Shown one piece after another: positions 1-9,586 of a DNA stretch of 53,117 nucleotides. The position numbers and the translations under genes were made by a program. Within the stretch, counting starts at the first letter, position 1, and every line of letters begins with the position of its first letter. Below the pieces are notes generated by a model. That model did not search any database. It saw only the letters and a program-made list of their open reading frames with translations, and was not told the DNA's origin. Source of the DNA: a virus (taxonomy: Duplodnaviria; Caudoviricetes); IMG/VR virus record IMGVR_UViG_3300018074_000005, positions 1-53,117 of that record; one strand, 5' to 3'.

Positions 1-718
1 CGCCGGCCACACCATGTGCGTGCGTGGCGACGGTTACACCACCATTCAAAACGCCTTCGGCTCAACGGACTCGATTCGCACGCTGAGCGACGCCGATGAA
101 TTGCTCGGCAACCCCGCCGCCAGCCAAACCGGCAACGAAGTTCGCTGCTTCCGCTATACAGGCGAAAGTCACATCTGGATCGAAGTCGGCGAGAAGAATC
201 CCGCGATCTGGGCGATCCCGTACAGTGCGTCGATGACGCCGGACCTGTCCAAGGGGACAATCCAGACCATCAATGTTACCAACAACAGCGCTTTCACGAT
301 TCACGCACCTGTGTCTACTACCCGGCCTTCGCAGGGCGGCGTCGAATGGCAGATCGTCATCACCAACTCATCGGGCGGAGTCGCCGGCGCCGTTACCTTC
401 GATGCGGGTGCAGGTAATTATGTAGTTCCCAAGGGCATCACTGCCCCAGCCAACGCTGAGACGGCAGTCTGGGCCTTCCTCTACGACGGAGTGCACGAAG
501 CCAACTTGCATCGGATGCTGTGGCCCAATGCGGTCAGCGTGCTCAAGGCAGCCAAGTACGCGGTCGGGGCCTTGCCTGCGTGCGCCGCCCCTGCCGATGA
601 AGGCTGGGCGATCATCACCGATCACAACGCAGGCTGCGCCTATGGAGCGGCACCCGCTGCCGGTGCTGCAAACGTCTGTCCGGTGTTCTGTAACGGCGCC
701 GCTTGGACGATTCACTAA
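1..718 (+). CDS. C-terminal part of tailspike/tail fibre protein (5'-partial; probably continues the ORF starting at 50981)
   Basis: Frame is open from base 2 (AGHT-MCVRGDGYTTIQN). Gly/Thr/Ala-rich beta-type sequence ending in a Cys-containing CPVFCNGAAW terminus. Style matches the ORF running off the right end of the window. Confidence 0.65.
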   Translation, partial: AGHTMCVRGDGYTTIQNAFGSTDSIRTLSDADELLGNPAASQTGNEVRCFRYTGESHIWIEVGEKNPAIWAIPYSASMTPDLSKGTIQTINVTNNSAFTIHAPVSTTRPSQGGVEWQIVITNSSGGVAGAVTFDAGAGNYVVPKGITAPANAETAVWAFLYDGVHEANLHRMLWPNAVSVLKAAKYAVGALPACAAPADEGWAIITDHNAGCAYGAAPAAGAANVCPVFCNGAAWTIH

Positions 719-909
719 GCGGCTTCGGGCGGAATAGGCGCTTGGGGCTTCTCACGTGCTCGGCGCGTGCGCCGCACGCCTCGTCGCGGGATCCTCCAAT
801 AAGGACTGCGGCACTGCGGATTGGGACAGCTCTTGGGCGGCACCCCGAAACGCGCTATCCAAACATAGCCGCAGCGCAGACAGGTGAGAACGTCGCGGGC
901 CAGACTCAT
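715..909 (-). CDS. Small zinc-ribbon protein with basic tail (possible regulator)
   Basis: CLRCGYVW...CPNPQCRSPYW followed by an Arg-rich tail. A minus-strand promoter TTGAAT-17nt-TAAGGT (946..918) lies just upstream. Confidence 0.65.
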   Translation of the reverse strand: MSLARDVLTCLRCGYVWIARFGVPPKSCPNPQCRSPYWRIPRRGVRRTRRAREKPQAPIPPEAA

Positions 910-939
910 ACGTTCTGACCTTACCGCAGGTTCTGTATA

Positions 940-982
940 GATTCAAGCCCTTGACAAAAGCTATACGGTGAGCGTATTGTTG
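940..982 (+). promoter_or_regulatory. Sigma70-type early promoter, copy 1 of a 43-bp inverted repeat
   Basis: TTGACA (951-956), 18 nt, TATTGT (975-980). The exact reverse complement is at 15075..15117. Confidence 0.8.
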
Positions 983-987
983 CGTTC

Positions 988-1266
988 GTGCGAATCCGAG
1001 AACGCAACGCGAAGTTGACGGTGACGCGCGCGAGTTTGGGGAAGATGGCCGACGCGCTCGACAGGACGCTTAGATCGCTCACCGCGGCGATGGAGTGCGC
1101 AGAGGATCGGCGCACGCTTCAAGAACTGGAGAGCAAGTTGCGTCAGGCGCGCGTGCTAAGCGAGCAGGTCAGGTCTGAGCTTGATTACAGCCGCTTCAAG
1201 CAGACGCATAGGGTGAAAGCGGCGTCAGCGCCGCCCGATAAAGAAGACCCGGACATTTCATTTTAG
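988..1266 (+). CDS. Hypothetical coiled-coil protein
   Basis: First ORF after the promoter; helical composition; fills the space before the next RBS-bearing gene. Confidence 0.55.
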   Translation: MRIRERNAKLTVTRASLGKMADALDRTLRSLTAAMECAEDRRTLQELESKLRQARVLSEQVRSELDYSRFKQTHRVKAASAPPDKEDPDISF

Positions 1267-1276
1267 GGGAGAAACA

Positions 1277-2413
1277 ATGAGTGACGACGGCGGCTACAAA
1301 GAAGACGCGCACATTAATCAGCTCGAAGATGAACAGCGTGAGGAACGCGAGCTAATCCGGCACGCCGGCGCGGTTCCCGCCGTTCAGCTTTCGCTGCCCC
1401 AGGAGATGTCGGTCCAGCAGATGGTCGAGCGCGTCGCGAAGATCAAAGCCATTGCCGAAGCCGTCATGGTTGAGAACGTGGACTACGGGACGATCCCCGG
1501 CACACCCAAACCGACGCTCTACAAAGCCGGTGCTGAAAAACTCTGCATGGCCTTCATGTTGGCACCGATGTGCGAGACTGTGGTCACGGCGCTGCCCGAG
1601 CCGGGACATCGCGAATACACCTCGACTTGTACGCTGGTGCATTATCCGAGCGGGCGCAAGATCGTGCGAGTGTCGGCATCGTGTTCGACGATGGAGGTCA
1701 AGTACCGCTGGCGACAAGCGGCGCGGAAATGTCCGAAGTGCGGCAAGCCGGCAATCATCAAGGGCTCTGAGCAATACGGCGGCGGCTGGGTGTGCTGGAG
1801 GAAGAGGGAAGGTTGTGGCGCGAAGTTTCCCGATGGCGATGTCACGATCGAAAAGCAGGTTGTCGGACGGGTTGCCAACGAGGACTTGGCCGACACTTAC
1901 AACACGGTGCGCAAGATGAACGAGAAGCGCGCGCTCGTAGCGGCATCGCTGATCGGTACTTGCGCGTCAATGGTTTACACCCAAGACCTCGAAGACGGGG
2001 GCAACCCCGATGAGGAAACCGGCGGCTCGGATGGTTCAGGCGCCCGCGCAGACAGTACCGACGGAACCAACTCCTCCGGGACATCCGCCGCCGCTACTGG
2101 AGAACCACCGGGCCGGCGTCGCGTCAGGGCAGCGGCTGCGCCTGCGGCAGCGAGTGCTCCGCCACCGGCTCAGCCGGTTGGGGAGCATATCGACCGCAGC
2201 ACATCACAGGAGCGGCCGGAGTCGGCGTCAGCGCCGCAAGGGGCGCGGCCGGGGGCGCTGTCGGTAGCGCAGGTGGAGGAGGCGAAGGGACTGGTGGCGA
2301 AGTCGGGGCAGAATGAAAAGTTCGTGCTCAAGATGTTTGGAGTGAAGGACTACAGCGAGCTGACGGCGGCGCAGGTCAAGGTGATGCGAAATAAGTGGGG
2401 AGATGCGCGATAA
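1277..2413 (+). CDS. Phage recombination/single-strand annealing-type protein with Zn ribbon (putative)
   Basis: RBS GGGGAG; DYGTIPGTPKPTLYKAGAEKL motif common in phage early genes; CPKCG...C...C; located upstream of a YqaJ exonuclease. Confidence 0.55.
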   Translation: MSDDGGYKEDAHINQLEDEQREERELIRHAGAVPAVQLSLPQEMSVQQMVERVAKIKAIAEAVMVENVDYGTIPGTPKPTLYKAGAEKLCMAFMLAPMCETVVTALPEPGHREYTSTCTLVHYPSGRKIVRVSASCSTMEVKYRWRQAARKCPKCGKPAIIKGSEQYGGGWVCWRKREGCGAKFPDGDVTIEKQVVGRVANEDLADTYNTVRKMNEKRALVAASLIGTCASMVYTQDLEDGGNPDEETGGSDGSGARADSTDGTNSSGTSAAATGEPPGRRRVRAAAAPAAASAPPPAQPVGEHIDRSTSQERPESASAPQGARPGALSVAQVEEAKGLVAKSGQNEKFVLKMFGVKDYSELTAAQVKVMRNKWGDAR

Positions 2414-2745
2414 TGGACTTCGACGAGCTGACGGCAATCGCGCGTAGCGAGCTGAAATGCGATCCGGCTGACCGCTGCGCAGAGGATCATACCTGCAACA
2501 ATCATCAACTGTTGGCCGCTGCGCTGATGTGCGTGAACAGCGCCGATAGACTGCAGGATTATGTCGCAAGCCAAGGCTCAGCGAGTGGGCGAGCAATGGC
2601 CTACGTTGCGATGCGCGCAGAGCTGGCCGTGATCGCGAAACAGCAACATGAGCACACCTACCATCAGGTATTCGATGCGCGCTGCCGAACCTACCGGCGC
2701 TGCGAGAAATGCGGCTACATGCCCGATGATCTGGCCTTAAGATGA
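2413..2745 (+). CDS. Hypothetical protein with Cys/His clusters
   Basis: ATG overlaps the upstream TAA; CxxxxxC...HxC and RCEKCG motifs. Confidence 0.55.
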   Translation: MDFDELTAIARSELKCDPADRCAEDHTCNNHQLLAAALMCVNSADRLQDYVASQGSASGRAMAYVAMRAELAVIAKQQHEHTYHQVFDARCRTYRRCEKCGYMPDDLALR

Positions 2746-2944
2746 TCAGCGACGAGCGAGTCTTGGATATCGCACTAAAGTTACAGCCCAAGATGAGCGT
2801 TCGACCGTTTCATGCTGTTTGACCATGACCCATTCGGACTCGTACTGTAGCGCTCTTTTATCCCGGCTTCCTTGAAAGGAACGAGGGCTTTGCACCGTAT
2901 ATGGTGCTTTACAAACGCTACTGTCTAGGGCGCACGGAGGATGC

Positions 2945-3775
2945 ATGATTCTCGACCTCGACCAAGGTTCCAAAGACTGGCATCTGTGGCGCGCCAAGGG
3001 GATCGGCGGATCAGATGCCCCCGCGATCCTAGGCGAGTCTCCCTACCAGACGCCCTATGGCCTCTGGCGCGAGAAGACCGGCCGCTCCAAGCCCAAGGCC
3101 AAGAATGCCGCAATGGCGCATGGGCTCAAAACCGAGCAGGCTGCGCGTGAGAAGTTCTTCGAGGTCACGGGGATCGTGACGGCGCCGGCGTGCGTAATGA
3201 GCGATAAGATCGAGTGGATGCGTACCTCGCTCGACGGGCTTTCTAGTGACGGTAAACTTGGGCTGGAACTTAAGTGTCCGGTCGCGCCGCGGACCTATGT
3301 GATGGCTAAGGAAGGCTCCGTGCCGATGGAGTACACGGCCCAGTGCTACCACAACATCGCGGCGGCCGGGTTGGAAAAGATCTACTTCGCAGTCTACTAC
3401 GAGGGCGAGATCGCGATCGTTGAGGTCGAGCCGGATTACAAGTTTCTTCAGGACGTGTTGCTGCCGGCCGAGACCGAGTTCTGGGGCTGGGTAGTCAAGG
3501 ACGAGTTCCCGATGCCGACTGGGATGGCTGAGCGCAAAGATCGGGAATGGGTTGATGCGGCGACGGCTTGGCTGGACTACAAGCGGATGAGCGAAGAGAC
3601 GGATGAACAGTTGGCCCGGGCGGAATTGATGCTTCAGCGGTTGGGTGGGCGTTTGGAAAAGGTCAGCGGGGGCGGTGTGCGGGCGTACTGGCAGTTCAAT
3701 TCGGAGTGGACGCCACCGGCTGGGTGGAAACGGGCGAGTTCGTTATCGTTCCAAGTGCGCCGAGGGGAAAAATAG
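2945..3775 (+). CDS. YqaJ/lambda-exonuclease family protein
   Basis: QGSKDWHLWRAKGIGGSDAPAILG, SLDG, LELKCP and Q-x-Y motifs; RBS GGAGG. Confidence 0.92.
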   Translation: MILDLDQGSKDWHLWRAKGIGGSDAPAILGESPYQTPYGLWREKTGRSKPKAKNAAMAHGLKTEQAAREKFFEVTGIVTAPACVMSDKIEWMRTSLDGLSSDGKLGLELKCPVAPRTYVMAKEGSVPMEYTAQCYHNIAAAGLEKIYFAVYYEGEIAIVEVEPDYKFLQDVLLPAETEFWGWVVKDEFPMPTGMAERKDREWVDAATAWLDYKRMSEETDEQLARAELMLQRLGGRLEKVSGGGVRAYWQFNSEWTPPAGWKRASSLSFQVRRGEK

Positions 3776-3792
3776 CGCGCGGAGCTAGAGAA

Positions 3793-4425
3793 ATGAGCAT
3801 GAAAGTGATGGCTCGGGTATGGGAATACTCAAATGCGGCTGCGGGGACATTATTAGTCCTCTTGGCGATTGCAGACCGGGCCAATGACGAAGGCGAAGCG
3901 TCGCCTGTGGTTCATTCACTTGCGCTCAAATCGCGACTAAGCGAGCGACAAGTCCAGCGGGCACTAAGCGCCCTTCAAAAGATGGGTGAACTAATCATCC
4001 TTCGCGCGGGAGGCCGGGGTCCGAAAGACACGAATAACTACATCGTTAAGGTGGATGACAAATTGACGTCCATCAGGGATCCGTCAGTATATCGACCATA
4101 TGTACCACCTTCGGTGGATAATCTCCCTAGGACCCAAACCAACAGGGAGAAGATACCACCCATAGGGATATTCTCCCTAAGTGCCGATCGTAAGACATAC
4201 GCGATGCAGGTAGGGGTAGTTGATCCTGGGGTACAATTCGAGAAGTTCCGATTGCACCACGAAGCGCGCGGCAACCGGATGGCAAGTTGGGACAAGGCTT
4301 GGCAGTTGTGGTGCCGTAATGCGGTTGAGTTCGCTAAAAGCCGGGGAAATGCGGCGGCAGCGCCGGACCCGTTGGGCCGCTACCCTAAAGGCGAGGAATT
4401 GTGGCAGAGGACGCGCAGGACTTAG
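3793..4425 (+). CDS. Replication initiator (N-terminal HTH, C-terminal DnaT-like domain)
   Basis: LLVLLAIADRANDEG...LSERQVQRALSAL HTH; FEKFRLHH...WDKAWQLWCRNA C-terminus; lies directly upstream of DnaB. Confidence 0.8.
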   Translation: MSMKVMARVWEYSNAAAGTLLVLLAIADRANDEGEASPVVHSLALKSRLSERQVQRALSALQKMGELIILRAGGRGPKDTNNYIVKVDDKLTSIRDPSVYRPYVPPSVDNLPRTQTNREKIPPIGIFSLSADRKTYAMQVGVVDPGVQFEKFRLHHEARGNRMASWDKAWQLWCRNAVEFAKSRGNAAAAPDPLGRYPKGEELWQRTRRT

Positions 4426-4535
4426 GTGAATAGAGATAAGCGGCTGGGCAGGGCGAGCCTTCGGGCCTTACCCCTTGGGTACATGGCGGGTCAGCGCGTA
4501 AAGGGACCTTAAATCGGCTCTAATGCGAAATCGGG

Positions 4536-5879
4536 ATGGCGAAAAAAAGCGGGATACTGCAGCGTCAGCCGCCTCACAATGTGCAGGCCGAGGAATCGGT
4601 ACTCGGTGCAATCCTGCTTGACAACCAGTGCATGGACACTCTGGCCCCTAATCTGGCCGTCGAGGACTTCTACCGCGAAGCTCACCGCAGCATTTACACG
4701 GCGATGCTGAAACTCTGGCAGGGCAAAACCGGCGTCGACGCCATCACGCTGACCGACACCCTTAAGAACATGGGCAAGCTCGAAGAGAGCGGCGGTCCCG
4801 GCTACATCGCGCAGCTTGTAATGCGTGTCCCGACTGCCGCCAACGTCGGCTACTACACACGCATCGTCAAAGACAAGAGCACGTTGCGAGCCTTCGTGAG
4901 CAAGGCAACTGAGCTGGCCAGCGACGCCTACGACTCCCCGCACGATGTGCGTGAATTCATGGCCTACGCGGCCGCCACGCTCGAACCAATCTTTAGCGCC
5001 GGCGCGCCGCGTATTGATCGCACCCGCGAAGACCTGCTGGCGGCCGGTGCCTTCCGCTTCGAGTCGGGCTTTGTCGGTGGAGAAGTCAAAACGGGGTTCC
5101 CAGCGCTGGATGCAATCATCGGCGGTTTCTATCCCGGCGACCTGATCATTCTTGCCGCCGAGACCAGCCGCGGCAAGACCTCGCTGGCCTTAAGTACGAT
5201 GCGGGCGGTTCTGGCGCAGGGCCGCTCGGTAGTCTTCCTGTCGCTGGAGATGACGGCCGAGGCCTTGGCTGGTCGACTGCTCGCTGCAGAAGCATCGGTT
5301 GATTTCGCACGAGCGCGTAGCAAGGGGCTGGAAGCAACCGAACGTGATCGGCTCCGGGTCGCGCGCGAGAAGTTGGCGACGCTACCGATGCATATCAGTT
5401 GGCGGCCAGGGGCCAAGGTATCGACACTGCGCGCTGAAGCACGCGCACGCGCGCGGCAACTTGACAGTCAAGCGCCCATCGGGCTGATCGTGGTTGACTA
5501 CCTTCAGCTCGTGCAACCGGATCAACCGAGTCGGCGGGAGCGGTCGCGGACAGCCGAGATCGGAGAAACCTGCCAAGTGCTCAAGGCATTGGCCGGTGAG
5601 CTCGCCTGCCCGGTGTTGGCGATGTCGCAGCTCAATCGCGGGGTAGGTAAGCGCGACGACCGCGTGCCGATGTTGGCGGACTTACGTGATTCCGGTTCGA
5701 TTGAACAGGATGCAGACGCCGTGCTGTTCTTATGGCAAGACCCCAAGCGACCACCTGCGCGTGGGCCGGATGGTAGTGTTGAGGAGATGATGCTGATAAT
5801 TGCTAAGCAGCGCAATGGACCGACAGCACGGGTTGCAATTCAATACATACCATGTTACACGAGGTTTGAACCACTGTAG
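4536..5879 (+). CDS. dnaB: Replicative DNA helicase DnaB
   Basis: PPHNVQAEESVLGAILL N-terminus, Walker A AAETSRGKTS, FLSLEM, IVVDYLQL, SQLNR, DLRDSGSIEQDADAVLFL, KQRNGPT. Confidence 0.97.
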   Translation: MAKKSGILQRQPPHNVQAEESVLGAILLDNQCMDTLAPNLAVEDFYREAHRSIYTAMLKLWQGKTGVDAITLTDTLKNMGKLEESGGPGYIAQLVMRVPTAANVGYYTRIVKDKSTLRAFVSKATELASDAYDSPHDVREFMAYAAATLEPIFSAGAPRIDRTREDLLAAGAFRFESGFVGGEVKTGFPALDAIIGGFYPGDLIILAAETSRGKTSLALSTMRAVLAQGRSVVFLSLEMTAEALAGRLLAAEASVDFARARSKGLEATERDRLRVAREKLATLPMHISWRPGAKVSTLRAEARARARQLDSQAPIGLIVVDYLQLVQPDQPSRRERSRTAEIGETCQVLKALAGELACPVLAMSQLNRGVGKRDDRVPMLADLRDSGSIEQDADAVLFLWQDPKRPPARGPDGSVEEMMLIIAKQRNGPTARVAIQYIPCYTRFEPL

Positions 5880-5889
5880 AGAGACGCAC

Positions 5890-6162
5890 ATGAAGCAGAT
5901 TTTGACCGTCAAGGAACTCGCGGCGCATCTGCGCGTGCATCCCACGACGATTTACAATATGCTTCGCGCCAAGCAGCTCCCAGCCTTCCGTGTCGGAACC
6001 GATTGGCGATTTGAATTGAGCGCGATCGAGGAATGGCAGCGCAAACAAGCCGCGCAGTGGATGAGCGGGGCCAATGAAACAAAGCGATATGGAAATGGAG
6101 TTGTCGATGCAGCTCCTGGCGCACGGCCTCAGCGGCGCCTTCCGGTGCAACGCCCGCTTTGA
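5890..6162 (+). CDS. Excisionase-like HTH (HTH_17) DNA-binding protein
   Basis: LTVKELAAHLRVHPTTIYNML...LPAFRVGTDWRF. Confidence 0.85.
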   Translation: MKQILTVKELAAHLRVHPTTIYNMLRAKQLPAFRVGTDWRFELSAIEEWQRKQAAQWMSGANETKRYGNGVVDAAPGARPQRRLPVQRPL

Positions 6163-6460
6163 TCCGGTGCGGCGCTGGAGCGTGGATTTCCTGTTCGAGC
6201 GGGTCAAGCTCGCAGTCGAGCTGGAAGGCGGGAATTTCGTACAAGGCCGACACGTCCGTGGTCGGGGCTTCGAGAAGGACTGCGAGAAGTACAACGCGCT
6301 GGTCTTAGCCGGCTACCGTCTGCTTCGATTCACGGGCGACATGGTGCGCGAGGGTAAAGCGTGGCCGACAATCTGCGCATACTTACAGCAGCGAGGACTG
6401 TTGTGGAAAGACCCGATTGCCGAGAGACGCCGTGCGACACTCAGGGAGAAAGAACTATGA
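6074..6460 (+). CDS. PD-(D/E)XK Vsr/DUF559-like endonuclease
   Basis: RRWSVDF...LAVELEGG...GRHVRGRGFEKDCEKYN...GYRLLRFT. Confidence 0.85.
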   Translation: MKQSDMEMELSMQLLAHGLSGAFRCNARFDPVRRWSVDFLFERVKLAVELEGGNFVQGRHVRGRGFEKDCEKYNALVLAGYRLLRFTGDMVREGKAWPTICAYLQQRGLLWKDPIAERRRATLREKEL

Positions 6461-6831
6461 CGAGACTGGGCGAAATGAAATCCTGCGTACTCGCGCTGCT
6501 GCTATGCGGCTGCTCAGCGACAGGCGCGATGGGCGGACTCGGCGGAGCCGGTTCCTACGGCGCGCGCAGCTTGGCGGCGAATCAGGCGTCAGCGCCGACA
6601 AGGCTGGCGCAGTGGCAAGCGGGTGGTGGAGCGGGTTCCTACGAGGAGCGGTCGCTACGATTGCAAGAGCAGGATATGCTTGAGCGCCATCGGCAGGCGG
6701 TTATGCATGACTTCGAGCTGCAACAGCTGCGCCAGGAGCTGCGCCGGCAGGAATCAGAGCGGCGTTTCCTGCCGCCGCCACCCAATTTGAGTTTGCCCTC
6801 ATACCCGCGCGGCTATCGGATGGACGACTGA
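6457..6831 (+). CDS. Putative lipoprotein
   Basis: MK-SCVLALLLCGC lipobox-like leader; ATGA overlap with the upstream gene. Confidence 0.55.
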   Translation: MTRLGEMKSCVLALLLCGCSATGAMGGLGGAGSYGARSLAANQASAPTRLAQWQAGGGAGSYEERSLRLQEQDMLERHRQAVMHDFELQQLRQELRRQESERRFLPPPPNLSLPSYPRGYRMDD

Positions 6832-6959
6832 TGAAGCGGAGACACTGACCAATGGATTCACCAGTAAAGCCCGATCCGGAAGCTAATCTTCGACGAATAC
6901 GAAGGCTCGTTTCTGATCACCGCAAAGGGGCGATTCCATCTGGCCGAGCAGAGGCATCG

Positions 6960-7211
6960 ATGACCGCTCCTAGTCCGACGAATCTAGCTCTCATGCTCCG
7001 GCGCTGGCGTATCAATGAGCAACGTCAGCTGCGGGATGTCGCGGCGGAAATTGGCTTCAGTGCCGCCACGCTCTGTCGCCTTGAACAGGGCTATATGCCG
7101 GACGCGGACACCTTCATGAAACTACTCAATTGGGTGTTGAAGAAGGCCAAGGATTCTCGCAGGCCCACGGAGTACCGATTCGTCCGCAGATGCAGACGAA
7201 GAACAGCTTGA
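6960..7211 (+). CDS. XRE-family HTH protein
   Basis: LRRWR...LRDVAAEIGFSAATLCRLEQG...PDADTFMKLLNW; RBS GAGG. Confidence 0.75.
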   Translation: MTAPSPTNLALMLRRWRINEQRQLRDVAAEIGFSAATLCRLEQGYMPDADTFMKLLNWVLKKAKDSRRPTEYRFVRRCRRRTA

Positions 7212-7227
7212 TGGCGAGGGCCTTCAA

Positions 7228-7428
7228 TTGAAAGAGCATGAGGAAGTGTCCGCCGCCGGGCAACCCGAAACTCCGGCGAGGGCTATGAAATCCAAGGTAT
7301 TCAAGGTATTCAATGTGGCGCTAGATTCGATAACGAGCGAGTCTCCACAATTCGCGCAGGTGCTAATTCCAATCCCGCTTAGCGCTGATCAGAAAAAGCG
7401 GTTGATAGACTTCCTGCAAAGCCTCTAA
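7228..7428 (+). CDS. Hypothetical protein, possibly a gene fragment
   Basis: ORF track only; ends LSADQKKRLIDFLQSL. Confidence 0.3.
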   Translation: MKEHEEVSAAGQPETPARAMKSKVFKVFNVALDSITSESPQFAQVLIPIPLSADQKKRLIDFLQSL

Positions 7429-7538
7429 GGTCTCGCCATGATGATCTTAAGGTTCGAACCGATCTTTCCGTAACGCTCACTCAAATCAGGACACTCGCGG
7501 GCGACTTAGGACAGTACCCGCACCCGGGAATATCCGCA

Positions 7539-7724
7539 ATGAGCGATCGCCAACGCTTTAACGAATTGCTGGCAGTGCAGCGCGCGCGCCGACGCAAGCA
7601 GGCCGATTACTGCGCCCATATCTGCTCGCGCTGCAACCAGACCATCCTGATCCACCCCACTGGCAGTTCGTGCTCACAGCACAAGCGGCGCTGTGCGCGT
7701 TGCACTAGGTATGGCGATGGCTAA
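7539..7724 (+). CDS. Small Cys-rich hypothetical protein
   Basis: CSRC...C...CARC motifs. Confidence 0.45.
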   Translation: MSDRQRFNELLAVQRARRRKQADYCAHICSRCNQTILIHPTGSSCSQHKRRCARCTRYGDG

Positions 7725-8030
7725 CCGCAAGACGACGAGCGCCTGGACTCAGCGGATTTGGAACCCAACCGTTGCGCAACAAGGCTTCTTGCGAGCAATC
7801 GGACGCAATCCCAATCCGCAAGCCGGAACTGGCGCTGGGGGTATGGTCGAGCGATTGCCTTCATTTCTCGCTTCGGAGAGCTTAAAACCCTTTATTTCTG
7901 AGGATTTACGACGGTCGAGCACTCCAATAATTTTTAAGCCACCCAAAAGCGGGGTGATGCTCTGATTCTGTGTTGCTAACCAAACAGACTGCCTTGCTTC
8001 ACGGGCAGGGAATAGAAGACGCCAACGATG

Positions 8031-8101
8031 ATCCAAGCCCACACGAGGGCAAGCCTCACCGATCCCCAGAATCGGTCCGTCTACCATTCCGGCACGCCGC
8101 G
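8031..8101 (-). pseudogene. Truncated tRNA-Leu-like remnant
   Basis: D-arm CCG-GAATGGTAGA-CGG, anticodon arm CCGAT-TCTGGGG-ATCGG, long variable arm, then GTGGG, after which the T-loop and 3' end are lost. Confidence 0.55.
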
Positions 8102-8114
8102 ACCTACAGTGAGG

Positions 8115-8200
8115 AGGCGCAGGTGGGATTCGAACCCACGAAGCCCTTACGGGCGGACCCTTTGCGAGGAGACTGGGTTTGGCCTCTTCCCTACTGCGCC
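8115..8200 (-). tRNA. Atypical tRNA-like gene (Cys-like identity, long variable arm); possibly a pseudo-tRNA
   Basis: Perfect acceptor GGCGCAG/CTGCGCC, U73, T-arm GTGGG-TTCGAAT-CCCAC, variable arm GCCC-GTAA-GGGC. The anticodon stem is poorly paired; loop TCGCAAA gives GCA (alternative register gives CGC). Confidence 0.6.
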
Positions 8201-8323
8201 AAGGCGGGGAAGGGGCACCGGCCCCTTCCCTCATCCCGATTTTCATCGGATGAATGCTTGACTTATTTGGCGGGCGAGGTAGTATTAGGAACAGACCTCG
8301 GGGCTGCGGGGCTCCTGAAACAG

Positions 8324-8365
8324 TTTTTGAAGCCGATCGGCTCCAACCGATCGGCTTCAGCTTTT
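8324..8365. terminator. Strong hairpin, putative intrinsic terminator
   Basis: TGAAGCCGATCGG-CTCCAA-CCGATCGGCTTCA, a 13-bp stem followed by GCTTTT. Confidence 0.55.
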
Positions 8366-8561
8366 AGAGTGCTTTCTAATTCATTCGTTTATGTGTGCGG
8401 ACAAACGGCGGAAGGCCTAACTAAGGAAACCAACGCCAGCCGCGGCCATCCCCGCCTCACCTCTTTGCGTTAGCTATCCGAAGTGCTGAAGGCAAACGGT
8501 TACGTTACCGAGAACCAGTCGCCAAGGTGGCCGAAGGCCCCACACAGTTGAGGCCATTCTG

Positions 8562-9437
8562 ATGAGAACATCGCCTTCCCCCGTGTTCTTAACGGAACCG
8601 GAGCTGTTCCGTCTTAAAGCCCCGAACGGTAAGCCACGAAAGCGGCGAAAGATAGTATTCGGTTGGTATGGGGGGAAATTCAGTCACCTTGATTGGCTCC
8701 TACCACTTCTGCCTTCATGCCACCATTATTGTGAACCATTTGCCGGATCGGCTGCCGTCCTGCTAAATCGCGAGCCGTCACCGGTTGAAACATATAACGA
8801 TATTGATGGAGAAGTGGTGAATTTCTTCAGAGTGCTTCGGGAGCAAAAGGACCGACTTGTCGAGGCCATCGGGCTGACGCCATTTGCTCGCGAAGAATTT
8901 TATCGCGCCCTCAACGGTCATGGGCAGGCCCTTTCGCCGGTAGAGCGTGCCCGGCGATTTTTCATCCGAGCTCGGCAAGTTCGAACGGGACTCGCGCAAA
9001 CGGCTTCTTTAGGCCGCTGGGCAAACTGTAAGAACACAACGCGGGCGGGAATGTCCGGCGTTGTATCGCGATGGCTGGGAAGTATCGAGGCACTTCCCGA
9101 AGTCGCGATACGGCTGCTCCGTATCCAGATCGAGAATCGGCCCGCCTGTGAAGTCATCCGCCTGTACGACGCCAAGGCCACGCTTTTCTATTGCGATCCC
9201 CCTTATCCACATGAGACGCGCGGCGACTCCAAAGCCTACGGCTTTGAGATGACCGATGACGATCACCGAGACCTGGCGGCGCTCTTATCAAGGGTCAAGG
9301 GCAAGGCGGCGGTATCAGGTTATCGCGGCCCGCTCATGGACAAACTCTACAAGGGCTGGCGGCGCCACGATGCTCCATTAAAGCAATGCCACTCGATCAA
9401 AAAACTGCGGCAAGAGTGTCTCTGGATGAACTACTGA
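8562..9437 (+). CDS. D12-class (Dam-like) DNA adenine methyltransferase
   Basis: WYGGK, EPFAGSAAV, YNDID and YCDPPY motifs. Confidence 0.93.
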   Translation: MRTSPSPVFLTEPELFRLKAPNGKPRKRRKIVFGWYGGKFSHLDWLLPLLPSCHHYCEPFAGSAAVLLNREPSPVETYNDIDGEVVNFFRVLREQKDRLVEAIGLTPFAREEFYRALNGHGQALSPVERARRFFIRARQVRTGLAQTASLGRWANCKNTTRAGMSGVVSRWLGSIEALPEVAIRLLRIQIENRPACEVIRLYDAKATLFYCDPPYPHETRGDSKAYGFEMTDDDHRDLAALLSRVKGKAAVSGYRGPLMDKLYKGWRRHDAPLKQCHSIKKLRQECLWMNY

Positions 9438-9586
9438 CCGAGAGTTTTCGCTCATGCCTCATCGGATTAAGCCGAGCGATGCGACCGCCATCTTGGCGGA
9501 GATGTTCCCGCTGGCCGAAGATGATTACCGCGACGGCGTGGCGATCGATATTCCAGCCGGTTGGACGAAGCTATCGGAGTCAAACC

